The position numbers and the translations under genes were made by a program. DNA of 64,000 nucleotides from Octopus sinensis (Eukaryota), in contig NC_043003.1 of NCBI RefSeq assembly GCF_006345805.1, positions 104,470,001 through 104,534,000 of the forward strand. Reading direction: 5' to 3'. Each line of letters opens with the position of its first letter. The stretch's first letter is position 1. The notes beneath the pieces are model-generated. The model searched no databases, was not told the DNA's origin, and worked only from the letters and a program-made list of their open reading frames with translations. This document shows positions 14,101 through 26,021 of this stretch, piece by piece.

Positions 14101-16824
14101 TATCTTATCCAAATGTCCCATGGTTTCATCGACCATCCTTAATTCTCAAAAATTTCACTGCTCTTCCTCTCTCTCTCGGTTTTGTTAACCACTTGCTTTC
14201 CCATGTTGATTGTTAAATAGTAGCTCAATTTGTTTGTGGCTATGCCACATCAGCTTTAGCTAGAGAAGAGGGCAGCCACAGTGGATTGCCATTCAAAGTG
14301 CGCCCTCCCATCCCACTCTCACCACCTATTTCTTTACTACCCACAAGGGGCTAAACACAGAGAGGACAAACAAGGACAGACAAACAGATTAAGTCGATTA
14401 TATCGACACCAGTGCGTAACTGGTACTTAATTTATCGACACCGAAAGGATGAAAGGCAAAGTCGACCTCAGCAGAATTTGAACTCAGAACGTAACGACAG
14501 ATGAAATACCGATAAGCCTTTCGCCCGGCATGTTAACGTTTCTGCCACTCCCACCACCTATACAGGAAGATGCATAATGCTGCTATCCCCCATCCTAGGG
14601 TCTTGCTGGTCCACACCTTCAGAGTTGGCACATTGAAAGGTAGATCTAGTGAGATTGTTGAGATGCTTGAACAGAGATGTGTAGATTTGCGCTGCATCCA
14701 AGAAGGTGGAGAGGAAGTTCTGCTAGGTTCCTCACAGGCAAAGAACACAAGTATAAGATTTTCTGGGTAGGGAACACTGATGGGGTCGGAGGCATGGGTA
14801 TACTCCTTGTGAAGAAATAGGTTGATAAAATAATTGAGCTAGCCAGAGTCTGTGATAGAATACTTAGGCTTAGACTAGTGCTGCAACATGGGTTAGCAAC
14901 CATTATCTTGGCCTATGCTCCTCAGATAGGGCTACCTGATGAACAGAAAGACCGATTTTATGACACCCTCTTGCAGACTACATTGTCAACAAATAACAGG
15001 GACCTTCTCTTTGTGACAGGCGACTTCAATGGACATGTTGGACAACATCCAAGGGGCTTCCATGGTGTGCATGATGGCAATGGATTTGGTTCCCGCAATG
15101 AGAAGGGAACCAGTCTGCTGAAGTTCTCTGATGCAAGTGATCTTATGATCTGTAATATTAAGTTCAGGAAACCTGTCAGTCACTTGTTCACCTACCAGTC
15201 TGGTGGGTACGCTAGTCAGATTGACTACATTCTCATCAGGAAATAAGAAAGATTGCTACTTATAAATGCCAAAACTTTCCCAGCTGAAGAATGCACCCTA
15301 CAACATAGGTTAGTAGTTAGCAACTTCAAGATCAGGGCTAAATGGCTGCCCAGAAGATCTGGAAGCTTAAGGATCCTCTGAATGGACAGAGATTTAGAGA
15401 CGCATTACTTGAAGCTTGACAAAAAAGTGGAGGATATAGCATCACATAAGATGGAGGACAACTGGAGGTTCCTACGGGACAACCTGTTGAGGGCTACTGA
15501 CCAGATCTGTGGCTAGTGCAAAGTTCCCTCTCGAGCTAAGGTAACCTGGTGGTGGAACAATGTAGGTGACAGGGCCATTAGGGAAAAGAAACAGGCATGG
15601 TAGGACTGGAAGTGTGATGGTAGCAGAAAACTGTATCAGATTGCCAGAAGGGAAGCTAGGAGACAGGTTTATTTAGCCAGAGGGGAAGCAGATAAGAAAA
15701 AATTTGCCAATGTTCTGCATTGTGTGGACCAGATTCTTGAAGCGTTTTGAATTGCAAGACAGTGTGTGAGAGAAAATTGCGATGTCATAGGAGAGAAATG
15801 TGTCCACATGGATGATGGCTCACTTGCATTTTATGATGCTGCAAAGACAGAGGCTTGAAGACACTACTATGAAAGGTTGCTAAATGAAGAGAATGAATGG
15901 GAGAAAGAGAGCCTGCCAAATGTCAACAGAGGAACCAGCTATTCAAATTGACAGTATCATGGTAGATAGAGCAATTAAGGGTATGAAGACAGGAAAAGCC
16001 CCCAGCCCATCAGGAATCACTGCAAAGATACTTAAAATATCTGGCAGTGTAGGATATAGTCACCCATATAGTTAACCAGGTGATACACGAAGGAGCCATA
16101 CACAATGACTGGTGTAGCAGCACCATAGTCAACTATTACAAAGGTAAAGGTGACGCATTAGACAGAAATAATTACAGAGGTATCAAATTGTTGCATCAGG
16201 TGATGAAAGTCACGGAGAGGGTCATAGCCCAACTAATTAGAGAGAGAGTTAGTTTAGATGAGATGCAGGGAGAAGCACAACTGATGCTCTATTTCTGGTA
16301 AGACAGCTGCAGGAGAAATTCCTAGCCAAAGATAAACCTCTGTACTTGGTTTTTGTTGACATGGAGAAAGCCTTTTCATCATGCCAGCGTGATGAAAAAA
16401 AGCATCCAGCATGCAATGTAATGTGGTTGACATTAGGGAGGGGATCCAGTTGTAGAAAGCATGTTAAAACAGGTATTGGCGCTTGATACAGCCTTCCAAC
16501 ATGTTACATCCTATCAACCCTGCCAACACGGAAAACAGACATTAAATGATGATAAAGCAAAAATTAGCTTTCGTTGGAGCAAATAGTGCAAAGGTATCAA
16601 TCATCTCAATAAAGTTCATTTAAGACTTATTCTAAGAGAGGAGGAGGAGATATTTACTTACTTGTACTGTTGGATAAGTCCTTTTAGACTTTTGGCTATG
16701 GGCACCTTGCAAACCTCCATGAGATGGTCCTTCACACTTGTATCGAAATCTGAATCCACGTGACTGTGGTTGTTCAATGAAAACTAATTTGGGGGTTGTT
16801 TCTGCAAAAGTGAATAAAAAAATA

Positions 16825-16863
<39 letters not shown>

Positions 16864-19800
16864 GGTAGCAAGTAAAGAAACACTGTTTCAAACCTGTGCT
16901 TGAGGAGATCTACTGAGTCAAGTACACCAACATCAAAAATCAATGGAAACTGTAGTTGTGATCCCTGGGCCGGTGGAACGTGAAAAGCACCATCCAAACA
17001 TGGCCGATCCCAGCGCTGCCTTGACTGGCTTCCCTGCCGGTGGCACATAAAAAGCACTAATTTGATCGTGGCCATTGCCAGCCTTGCCTGGCACCTGTGT
17101 CGGTGGCACGTAAAAATTACCCACTACACTCACGGAGTGGTTGGCGTTAGGAAGGGCATCCAGCTGTAGAAACTCTGCCAGATCAGACTGGAGCAGCCTT
17201 CTGGCTTCCCAAATCCCCAGTCGAACCATCCAACCCATGCTAGCATGGAGAACGGATGTTAAACGATGATGATGATATATATAGGTGCAGGTGTGGCTGT
17301 GTGGTGAGGAGCTTCCTTCCCAACAACATGGTTCCAGGTTCAGTCACACTGTAGCACCTTGAGCAAGTATCTATATATATAAAATTGAGGATATGTGTCT
17401 GTCTGTGTCTGTATGTGTGCATCACTAAAGCTCGAGAACTACAAAACCAATTTCATTCAAATTCCCACCTCTATCTCAACTTCTCTTCCTCCCACCCCTT
17501 CCACACCAAACGAGCCATCCCCTACTCCCAGTTCCTCCGCCTCCGACGTTTGTGCAGCCGCGACCAGGATTTCGAGACCCAATCTCAATACCTGGCCCGC
17601 ATGTTCAGACTCCGAGGTTACCCACCCATACTCCTCTCTGATGCCCTCACCCGCGCCTGTCGCATCGACCGCACTACCGCCCTGTCTCCTTCCCCCCGCC
17701 CACCCCCCAACCGCACCCCCTTCCCCCTCCTTTTCCACCCCTCTACCCTACCCCTTCGTCGCAAGATACTACGTGCCTTCCGTCGCCTCCAGCTTGATCC
17801 CACCACCCGCCCCATTTTCCCTAACCTACCCCTGTCCTCTTTCAAACGAGCCCGCAATCTGCGTGACCTCCTGGTCCACAGCACCCTCTCTCCTTCCCCC
17901 TCAGCCCCACACGGATCATTCCCTTGCTCTAGATCCCGCTGCAACACTTGCCCCTTCATCACCAACACCACCGCTGTCACCGGCTCCAACCTGCACACTG
18001 TACGCATTAGGCACTCTTTTACGTGCACCTCGTCTGGCCTTATTTACTGCATTAAATGCAACCTATGCGGGATGCTGTATGTAGGACAGACGGGACGCCG
18101 GTTGTCCGACCGTTTCACTGAGCACTTGAGGGACGTTCGCCTAAACTCTCTTTCTCCCGTCGCACGCCACTTCCGCTCGGCCGGCCATTCCCTAGATGAC
18201 ATCTCAGTGTTTGGTCTCGCCCCCCACCAAGGTCGCCCACTTTCCAGGCTCCACTTGGAGCAACGCTACATCTTCACCCTACAAACTACCACCCCACACG
18301 GACTTAACACAGCCCCCTCCTCTTGAGATCCGGTTTTTTTTTTTTTTTTTGTTTGGACCACCACCCACACCCACCCACCCACCTACCCCCACCACACACC
18401 CCACACCCACCCACCTACCTCCCACACACACCCAACCACCTACCTCCCACACGCCTGTTCACACACACACATACGTAGACCCATCTACGTACATACATTC
18501 ACACATTTAATCACACACACTTACAGACATACTAGCACACACTAACATACAAACCAACATGCAATACACAACACAACATACATACATACGCACACACACA
18601 CACACACACACAGACCACACATACACACATACACACACACATACATACGCACATACATACACACACACTCACACACACACCACCGCACGTACATACTTCA
18701 CACACACACATGCAAACATACATGTAGGCACATACATACATACATACCCACACATGCACACCCTTACACTGAATGCACACACACATACACCTTTTTGCAT
18801 CCAGGCAGCCCCCCCTCTTTTCTGCTTTCCGGTTTTGGCTGATGGATCCTCGGTTCCCGCGTAGCGGGGCGTTCGAGGGCCTTTGCGCTCGCGCGCCTTG
18901 GCGCGCGCTGGGGGCTTGGTCGGCCCCTTGGGCTTGCGTTGTACTGCTTGTGCGTTGTGTGCGTGAGCGCGCTTCGTGTGTGTGGGCTTGCTTCGGATGT
19001 GCGCGTGCGTATGTATGCATACATACCCACACACTCGCATGCATCCCTACCCACATACATACACGCACACCTACTCACACACACACATACACACACATAC
19101 CTGCACACACACACACATACATACATACACATACATACCTACTTCAGACATACACACACACAGACATACACCCATACACTCACACTCACACGCATACACA
19201 CACACACATACACACGCACACGTACACATACACACACACACACACACACCTACATACATCATTACACTTGTATACACATACACTTACATTCATACACACA
19301 CACACACCTACACAGCCATACCCTCACTCAGACACACACATCTACCTACACCACACACACAAACACACACGGACACACACACCTACATACATACATCTAC
19401 ACACACACGCCTACACACATACATACACACATACATAAACACACACACATACACATATACACACATACGCACACACACATATACTTATACACATGCACAC
19501 ACACACACAACATACATACACCCATATACATACATACACACATACTCCTATACGCACATACATACACACAGACATACACACATACACACTCACACAAACA
19601 TACACACACACATACTTACACACACACTCACCTGCACGCGCACACACATGCATGACAAACACCCATACACTCACACTCACATACGCACACACCAACATAA
19701 ACACGCACACGCACACACACCTACACTCCCACACACATACACACGCACCTACATACACACACGCACGCATACACACATACATTACACACGTACACACACA

Positions 19801-21378
19801 CCTACATACACATGCATACACACACACACACAAACATGCACGGACACACCCAGACATACACACATACACCTATATACACACGCCCACACACCTACATACA
19901 CACACGCCCACACACCTACATACACACACATACATACACACACATACACGGACACACCCATACATACTTACATACATACACCTATACACACACGCCTACA
20001 CACCTACATACACACACATGCATACAACACACACACATGTACGCACATACACACACATATACGCACATACATATATACCCACACACATGCACACACACAC
20101 ACACATACGCACATGCATGCATGCATGCACACGCGCACACCTACACGCATACACGCACGTACACATACATACATACACACACGCATACATACACCCATAC
20201 ACATACATGCATCCTACACACACATACATACACACTCACACATACATACACACCACACACTCACTCACACACCTGTATGTACGCGCACACACATGCACAT
20301 ACACACACTTCCCCACACCCACACGTACATACATACACACTCACAGACATACACACACACACACACACGGACATACATCTATGCACACACATACATACAC
20401 ACACATACTCACATACATTCATCGGACACACTGCCACCCAGACATACACACAGACACACTCACACATCCACACACATACATACTTACGCGCATACTCGCA
20501 GGCGCGCGCACATACGCGCTTGCGCCGGTTCGCGCACGCATACACCTCGCTCTTGGACCCGACGAGACCTCCCGCCCGTTCCTGGGACCGTCGCATGTCG
20601 TTGGGTTTTTCCCACGCCCGTCTCCGCGGGACCACTCTTCCATCTTCCCCTCAGCTGGAGTCCTTTTTTCTTAACCCCCCCCTTTTTTGTTACACACACG
20701 CGCACACATATACACACATTGCCTATATATATACATCACTCTTACACACATTCAATCTACTCGCCATTAATACCACCACGACACTGGACACACACACACA
20801 CTACTACTCAACACGCTGGCACGCTACATACGCCCCCACCCTTTCCCCTCCCTCCCTTCCTCCTTCCTTCTTTTTCTTACTACTGACCTCCCTTCCTCCT
20901 TCCTTCTTTTTCTTACTACTGACCTTGTCTGCTAGCTGACCAGTAGTCTCGCCCTACCTCACACGCCTACACACAGACGCACACACTAACACACACATAT
21001 TTTTTTGTTTTTTCATCTCGCTCTCACACACACACATACACACACACACAGCACACACTCACACATACACACACATCTGTTGCGTTACCAACCTTCTCCA
21101 CTCTTTTGCCTTTAAAAACCCACTTTGCTCTTGTTATCGTCAACATCCGCCTTTCACCATGTGCAACTCGTAAACACCAGTCGTCTTTTTTCTCTTTCCT
21201 CCCTGTTGCCCGCTCTGGGATCTTTCTTTCCTCTCTCTTCCTTCTTTATGTTTCCGACGAAGAGCTCCGCTCGAAACGTCATACCTCCCTGCTTCCATTT
21301 CCTGAGCGCCTATTAATAATAATACTGTAATTGTTCCTGTTGTTGTTGTTTTTTTGTTTCCCGTTTGGATTAAAATTA

Positions 21379-21417
<39 letters not shown>

Positions 21418-23352
21418 GTATATATATATATATAATATATATATATATGATATTGATACGAACGAAAAAAAATGAAGACGAGCAAAATAACATTATGTCC
21501 ACGGGCTGTTTGTGTGAGGGCCCATGGTGGCATCGTAGGCTTGCGTGCGGCATAAAAATATATACACACACACACACACACACAAATATACAACATGCTG
21601 GAATGTGTATGTCCACCTTGCAGGACTCCACTAACAGTGACCAACCCAGAAGCATTTAGCACTTACTGCAAGAGGACTAGGTTTGCAGTTCTCAGTGAAC
21701 CACAGGGGAGTGATCACTAATAGAACAAAGAGTAGGCTACATGCTGTACTGTCCAGACAAGCTAAGAACAACTGAAGACAGTCTGGAGTTGGCTTTACAA
21801 TAAAGAACACCATTTTCTCCAGGCATGAGAGTTTCCACATTGGTCATTCTCAGTACATCTATTTGGGGGCTTGTCAATGCCATGTACTTGTTTGACACTT
21901 GTCTAGATGAAATTCATGTGTTGATATATAACAGACAGTGAATAATACCTCTCTAGGTATTGCTGAAAATTTGCCAAGTTGTAAAAAACTCAGTGAACGC
22001 AACTGAAACAGCATTTAACTTTCTCTACAAGATGGCTATTATGCAAGCATCATCAGCATCTATGCTTCCACCCTTCAAGCTAATCCAGCTATAAAGTGAA
22101 TTGAGTTCTCTCAACCAAAAGACAACAGCAAAAGACAGAATCTTCCTTATGGGTGACTTTAACTCAAAGGTCAGCAGAAACCACACCATATGGCCAGGCA
22201 GACTCAGTCAACATGGCATTGGCAATTGCAACAACAATGAGTAAATGTTGAATGGATTCCGTGCAGAACATGGTTTCGTCATTACCAATATCCCGTTTTA
22301 GTAGAGAGCACAGTTCAAGACAACTTGGAGACACTTTTGGTTGAAACACTGGCCCCTGCTTCACTACATATTGGTGCAATAGATGGATATAAAGATCATG
22401 CTCAATGTCAGAGTCATGCCTAGTGCACACTGGTACACAGACCACAGGTTGGTTTGTGCACAAGTCAGACTGTTCATCAAATCTGTCAGGAAGAGAGGTC
22501 ATTTAACAAAGAAATTGCAGGTCAACAGACTTCTACAACTGCAGGAAGGGTTTCAGGGAAGGTGCCTCTGTGTGTATAGTCATTTGTGTATCATACTAAA
22601 TATATGTACACCACTGAAAGGTAAGTAGGCTGCTAAGGTGTTTGACTAAGAGAAAATCTCTTTATAGACATGTTAAAAACACAGTATATACCAGAGTAAA
22701 ATGAATATCATTGCAGCTGTACCTCACAAGAATAACAGACACATTTAGCCCTACTTGGGGGCTTGTCAATGCCATGTACCTGTTTGACACTTGGCTAGAT
22801 GAAATTCACGTGTTGATATATAACAGACAGGATCGTTACCAATGTCACTTCACTGGCACCTGTGCCGGTGGCATGTATAAAAGGATTCGAGCGAGGTCAT
22901 TGCCAGTACCACCTGACTGGCCCCTGTGCCAGAGGCACGTAAAAAACACCCACTACACTCTCGGGGTGGTTGGCGCTAAGAAGGGCATCCAGCTGTAGAA
23001 ACTCTGCCAGACCAATATCGGAGCCTGGTGCAGCCATCTGGTTCACCAGCCCTCAGTCAAAATCGTCCAACCCATGCTAGCATGGAAAGCAGACGTTAAA
23101 CGATGAGTGAATAATACCTCTCTAGGTATTTCTGAAAGTTTGTTAAGTTGTAAAATACTCAGTGAACGCAACTGAAACAGCATTAAATTAAAATTTACAT
23201 ATAAACTTACCTGATGCCTTTGTTATATCATTACTTTGAAGAAGACTAGTACTGTTCTCACTTGTTAGAGAACTGAAAATTTGTTTTACATGCTCATTAG
23301 TCAATTCTATAGACTCCTCAGAGTCACTTCTTGAAGATAAACAATCATCCAT
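4946..23352 (-). CDS. NFKB1: Class I NF-kB (p105/p100/Relish-like) transcription factor, N-terminal part; join(23352..23211,16801..16662,13298..13147,11848..11712,5107..4946); 3' part not found in the window
   Basis: Five GT-AG exons splice in frame (intron phases 1,0,2,1,1) to give MDDCLSS...[47 protein letters not shown]|[39 protein letters not shown]...|[13 protein letters not shown]...|...[14 protein letters not shown]...[11 protein letters not shown], a Rel homology DNA-binding domain with the p50/p52-type RFRYxCEGPSHG motif. Confidence 0.93.
6575..8803 (-). mobile_element. Decayed piggyBac (PGBD4-like) transposon
   Basis: Frameshifted transposase pieces [55 protein letters not shown] (7610-8174); degenerate TTAA-CCCT-like ends; boundaries approximate. 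Confidence 0.75.
8820..10250. mobile_element. Highly degenerate probable non-LTR retrotransposon remnant
   Basis: Strong strand-composition skew and interrupted reading frames; no clean motif recognised. Confidence 0.25.
10659..11054. mobile_element. Merlin-like (or hAT-like) MITE inserted in a SINE
   Basis: TIRs GGATCTTTTCGGTTTGAATGGCAGTTTTT / AAAAACTGCCGTTCAAACCGAAAAGATTC; perfect 8-bp TSD AAGGCAGC (10651-10658, 11055-11062). Confidence 0.85.
11712..11848 (-). CDS. NFKB1: NF-kB exon: RHD plus insert region
   Basis: ctctgcag acceptor, gtaatt donor; [26 protein letters not shown] (cf. p50 FANLGILHVTKKKV). Confidence 0.93.
13147..13298 (-). CDS. NFKB1: NF-kB exon: RHD
   Basis: ctgttttag acceptor, gtaagc donor; [42 protein letters not shown] (HAHxLVGKxC motif). 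Absent from the ORF track. Confidence 0.95.
13543..13975 (-). mobile_element. SINE/LINE-tail repeat with (GAT)n tail; related copies near 4690-4880, 16860-17276, 22830-23105, 28170-28430, 34635-34855, 55155-55300, 61632-61790
   Basis: Recurrent CATCATCAT...TTTAACGTCCGCTTTCCATGCTAGCATGGGTTGG...CAGCTGGATGCCCTTCCTAAC motif. Confidence 0.8.
14330..14557 (-). mobile_element. tRNA-derived SINE (GTCGACTTTGCCTTTCATCCTTTCGG core); degenerate copies at ~5140-5345, 10260-10460, 11225-11675, 54045-54280, 58615-58825, 62700-62885
   Basis: B-box-like GAGTTCAAATTC on the minus strand and a shared central domain across many copies. Confidence 0.75.
14590..16380 (+). mobile_element. RTE-clade LINE remnant (APE endonuclease plus start of RT), many stops
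   Basis: [63 protein letters not shown] motifs. Confidence 0.88.
16662..16801 (-). CDS. NFKB1: NF-kB exon: RHD recognition loop
   Basis: ttttgcag acceptor, gtaagt donor; [38 protein letters not shown]. Confidence 0.95.
18360..21075. repeat. ~2.7-kb degenerate (CA)n/(CATA)n tract
   Basis: Directly visible; interrupted by two GC-rich islands (18790-19010, 20490-20690). Confidence 0.95.
21250..21284 (+). ncRNA. Minimal type I hammerhead ribozyme-like motif (degenerate)
   Basis: GTTT-CCGACGA-A-GAGC-TCC-GCTC-GAA-ACGT-C-ATAC; U4 is replaced by C; palindromic ACGT stem III. Confidence 0.6.
21590..22560 (+). mobile_element. RTE-like LINE endonuclease remnant
   Basis: [46 protein letters not shown] motifs. 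Confidence 0.7.
23211..23352 (-). CDS. NFKB1: NF-kB first coding exon (exon spans 23398-23211; ATG at 23352)
   Basis: Acceptor tttttttag ends at 23399; in-frame TGA four codons upstream of the ATG; encodes [47 protein letters not shown]; donor CAG|gtaagt in phase 1 matches the next exon (G|AA = Glu). Confidence 0.8.
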
Positions 23353-23484
23353 ATTTAAATTTCACACAACGACGATTATCAGCTGAAGTTGGGAAAATCT
23401 AAAAAAACAAAAATATATACATATATAAAACAATAACATATAAGCATTTGGAAAAACAACTACAAAGTAATGAAAATAAACTAG

Positions 23485-23885
23485 TGGCTGTGTGGTAAGT
23501 AGCTTGCTAACCAACCACATGGTTCCGGGTTCAGTCCCACTGCGTGGCATCTTGGGCAAGTGTCTTCTGCTATAGCCCCGGGCCGACCAATGCCTTGTGA
23601 GTGGATTTGGTAAATGGAAACTGAAAGAAGCCTGTCGTATATATGTATATATATATATATGTATGTGTGTGTGTTTGTGTGTCTGTGTTTGTCCCCCTAG
23701 CATTGCTTGGCAACCGATGCTGGTGTGTTTACGTCCCCGTCACTTAGCGGTTCGGCAAAAGAGACCGATAGAATAAGTACTGGGCTTACAAAGACTAAGT
23801 CCCGGGGTCGATTTGCTCGACTAAAGGCAGTGCTCCAGCATGGCCTCAGTCAAATGACTGAAACAAGTAAAAGAGTAAAAGAGTA
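23485..23885 (+). mobile_element. tRNA-derived SINE with internal TA/TG microsatellite and (AAAAGAGT)n tail
   Basis: GGCTGTGTGGTAAG A-box and GGTTCAGTCCC B-box-like head; closely similar to the copies at 31950 and 38053. Confidence 0.85.
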
Positions 23886-23899
23886 TTCCTTGCGAGTTG

Positions 23900-25650
23900 C
23901 AAGTGAATTGCACATGCATGTGCATTATTCTATCCACTATTCCTGAGAGGAATGTGGAAGCTGAGTCCACAGGCATCTCCTCTGTAGGGTTCTATCAGAA
24001 GCAACTGTTAAATTTTCCAGCTGGATTCCCAAAGCACAACCAACTGAGACTATTCATATTAACCAATCATCTTGTAGGTCTCTTGACCATTGGATTGGCT
24101 AAAAGAATCAGTCTTGCAATTCTTTCTTGTGACTTTCTTAACACCTGTCCATAGTACTGGAGCCATGATCTCTCAATGTTGTCAAGTTGTGGCTTGACCC
24201 AGAGAGACTCCCTGATCTCCAAGTTAAGCATCCTGTCAAGTCGTGTTACTTCAGAGACCTTGAAGACCTCAGCTGCCTGTATTTGTGATCATACTTTTTC
24301 AGTTATTACCCAACATTCACGACCATAGGTGAGGATAGTCACAACAACTGAATTGAAGATAGCAAGTTTGGCCTTTTTACCAACCTCTCCTGAGGATCAA
24401 AAGCTGGAGCTGGTGTATTACTGTGCCAGCATCTGCCATTCTAGCATCCAGTTTAGCCTCCTTCTTGTTATGAAGTCAGCAGATGGTCAGCCAGAATAAT
24501 TTATTGGTCAATCTAAAGTCAGAGTCCAGCTTGACTTCAAAGTCCTCCTTCAGTTTAGCCTCAGACGTTTTTACAGTTTCTGCAACTTTTTGCAGCTCAG
24601 TGCACTGCCTGCACAAAACAGGAGGTTCATTTCCAAGCCAAGCCTAGTAAACCTCCTTCTCTGCATGAATGGTATATTTAACTTCCTGCTTAAACCAGGG
24701 GATTCTTTTGCTACCTGGTGCCAACCAAACCACATTCATCCACAGCACTTTACAGCCGAAAAAGAAACTGCTGAACAAAATCTCCATTCTGATTCGACAT
24801 CCTCAGTTTGTTCAGGAAGTTCTCTGAATTTGGATGCAATTGTTTCTGATTCCATCTACCAGGGGGCTTCCCACTTTATCCTGCACTGGGCTTACAAGTT
24901 TTGGGAGTTCTTTCTGTGGTACATAGTAGATAGTTGTTGGTTGCAGACAACCAGGTAGTGATCAGTTGATAGCTTTGCCACTTTCTTTATGTGTACATTC
25001 AGCACAGAGACAAAGAAATTGGAGACAATAACAAAATCTATCATTGACCTCTGTCCCAAAGTATCCCTATACCAGGCATACCTATGGATATCTCTGTACT
25101 AGGAGATTGTGTTCATAATGGAGAACCCATTTCCAGCGCAGAAGTCTGGTAAAGTCTCTCTATTTGCACCAAGGATCACCATTCCTACCAATCACTCCTT
25201 TCTACGTCTGGTGATTGGTGCCAACATGTACACTGAAGTCTCCTTGTCGGACAAATGACTTGGTCTTAACTATGTCTGCAGTGACCTTGTCAAGGGAAGA
25301 TTTGTATCTGACCTCACTGTTTGGTGCATATACTGGCAACAAACACAGTTCTTCCTTCAGCCTAAGGTTCAGAAGACAAACCTTCCCACCTAGTGGGATC
25401 CACTCCGTAACACAATCGAACAGCCAGGGACTTGTGAGTATCTCCATTCCCATCTGTACAGACATAGTTGGCACCACACCTGAATAGTGGAGTTTCTGCT
25501 CTCCATCCAAATCCTTGGTACCAGAGCCTCAGAACCTTGTACAGAAGACACCAACTATAGCTAGCCAGCAGTGTTTGGCCTCCTCCATTAGTTTCTGCTT
25601 TTCACCCATAAGGGTTGTGACATTTCAGTTCCCAATCCTTGATGGTAGTC
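23900..25650 (-). mobile_element. RTE/Expander-like LINE remnant with internal deletion
   Basis: WNVTTLMGEKQKL, YAPNSE, QRSMIDFVIVS, DHYLVVC and C-terminal ILTYGREC motifs on the minus strand. Confidence 0.75.
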
Positions 25651-25821
25651 CCCTCATGGACCCACTTCAGGGTCCCAAAACATGTATCCTTTGTACTTCC
25701 ACCCTGCACCTCTCAGAACAAGTTGCAAGCTTATTGCTAGTTTTACTGGCATTGGGTGGAGACAGCATTATATTTTTCAAACAGACCCCTCGATCTAAGA
25801 TCAGAATGCCTCCCTTGTTAA

Positions 25822-26021
25822 CCCTTTTGATTCCAACCTGCCTGAAACCGCCTCTTATTTTCAAAAGTTCTGAATTATATCTTCCACCAAACCTTAGTCA
25901 CAATTTATGTTCCTAACACTAGCTGAATGATAACTAAGTTATTTTACTAAATTCTTTGTTATATTTAAAATTAATTGAAAGAAACAAAGAGCATCTCATC
26001 AGAAATATGGTAACAAAAGGG
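25822..26021. mobile_element. piggyBac-type MITE, TTAA-flanked
   Basis: TTAA|CCCTTTTG...CAAAAGGG|TTAA. Confidence 0.8.

Larger units (their letters stand above)
17440..21330 (+). mobile_element. 5'-truncated Penelope-like retroelement (Neptune-like): RT thumb + GIY-YIG, long CA-rich 3' region, hammerhead-bearing tail
   Basis: Open frame to 18326: [29 protein letters not shown]...CSRSRCNTC...[36 protein letters not shown]...HF...LEQRYI...PHGLN. Confidence 0.9.

Noticed and set aside
18532-20939. Long His/Thr-rich and Cys/Val-rich ORFs (up to 636 aa)
   Set aside because: They are translations of the (CA)n/(TG)n tract, which lacks stop codons in all frames; not genes.
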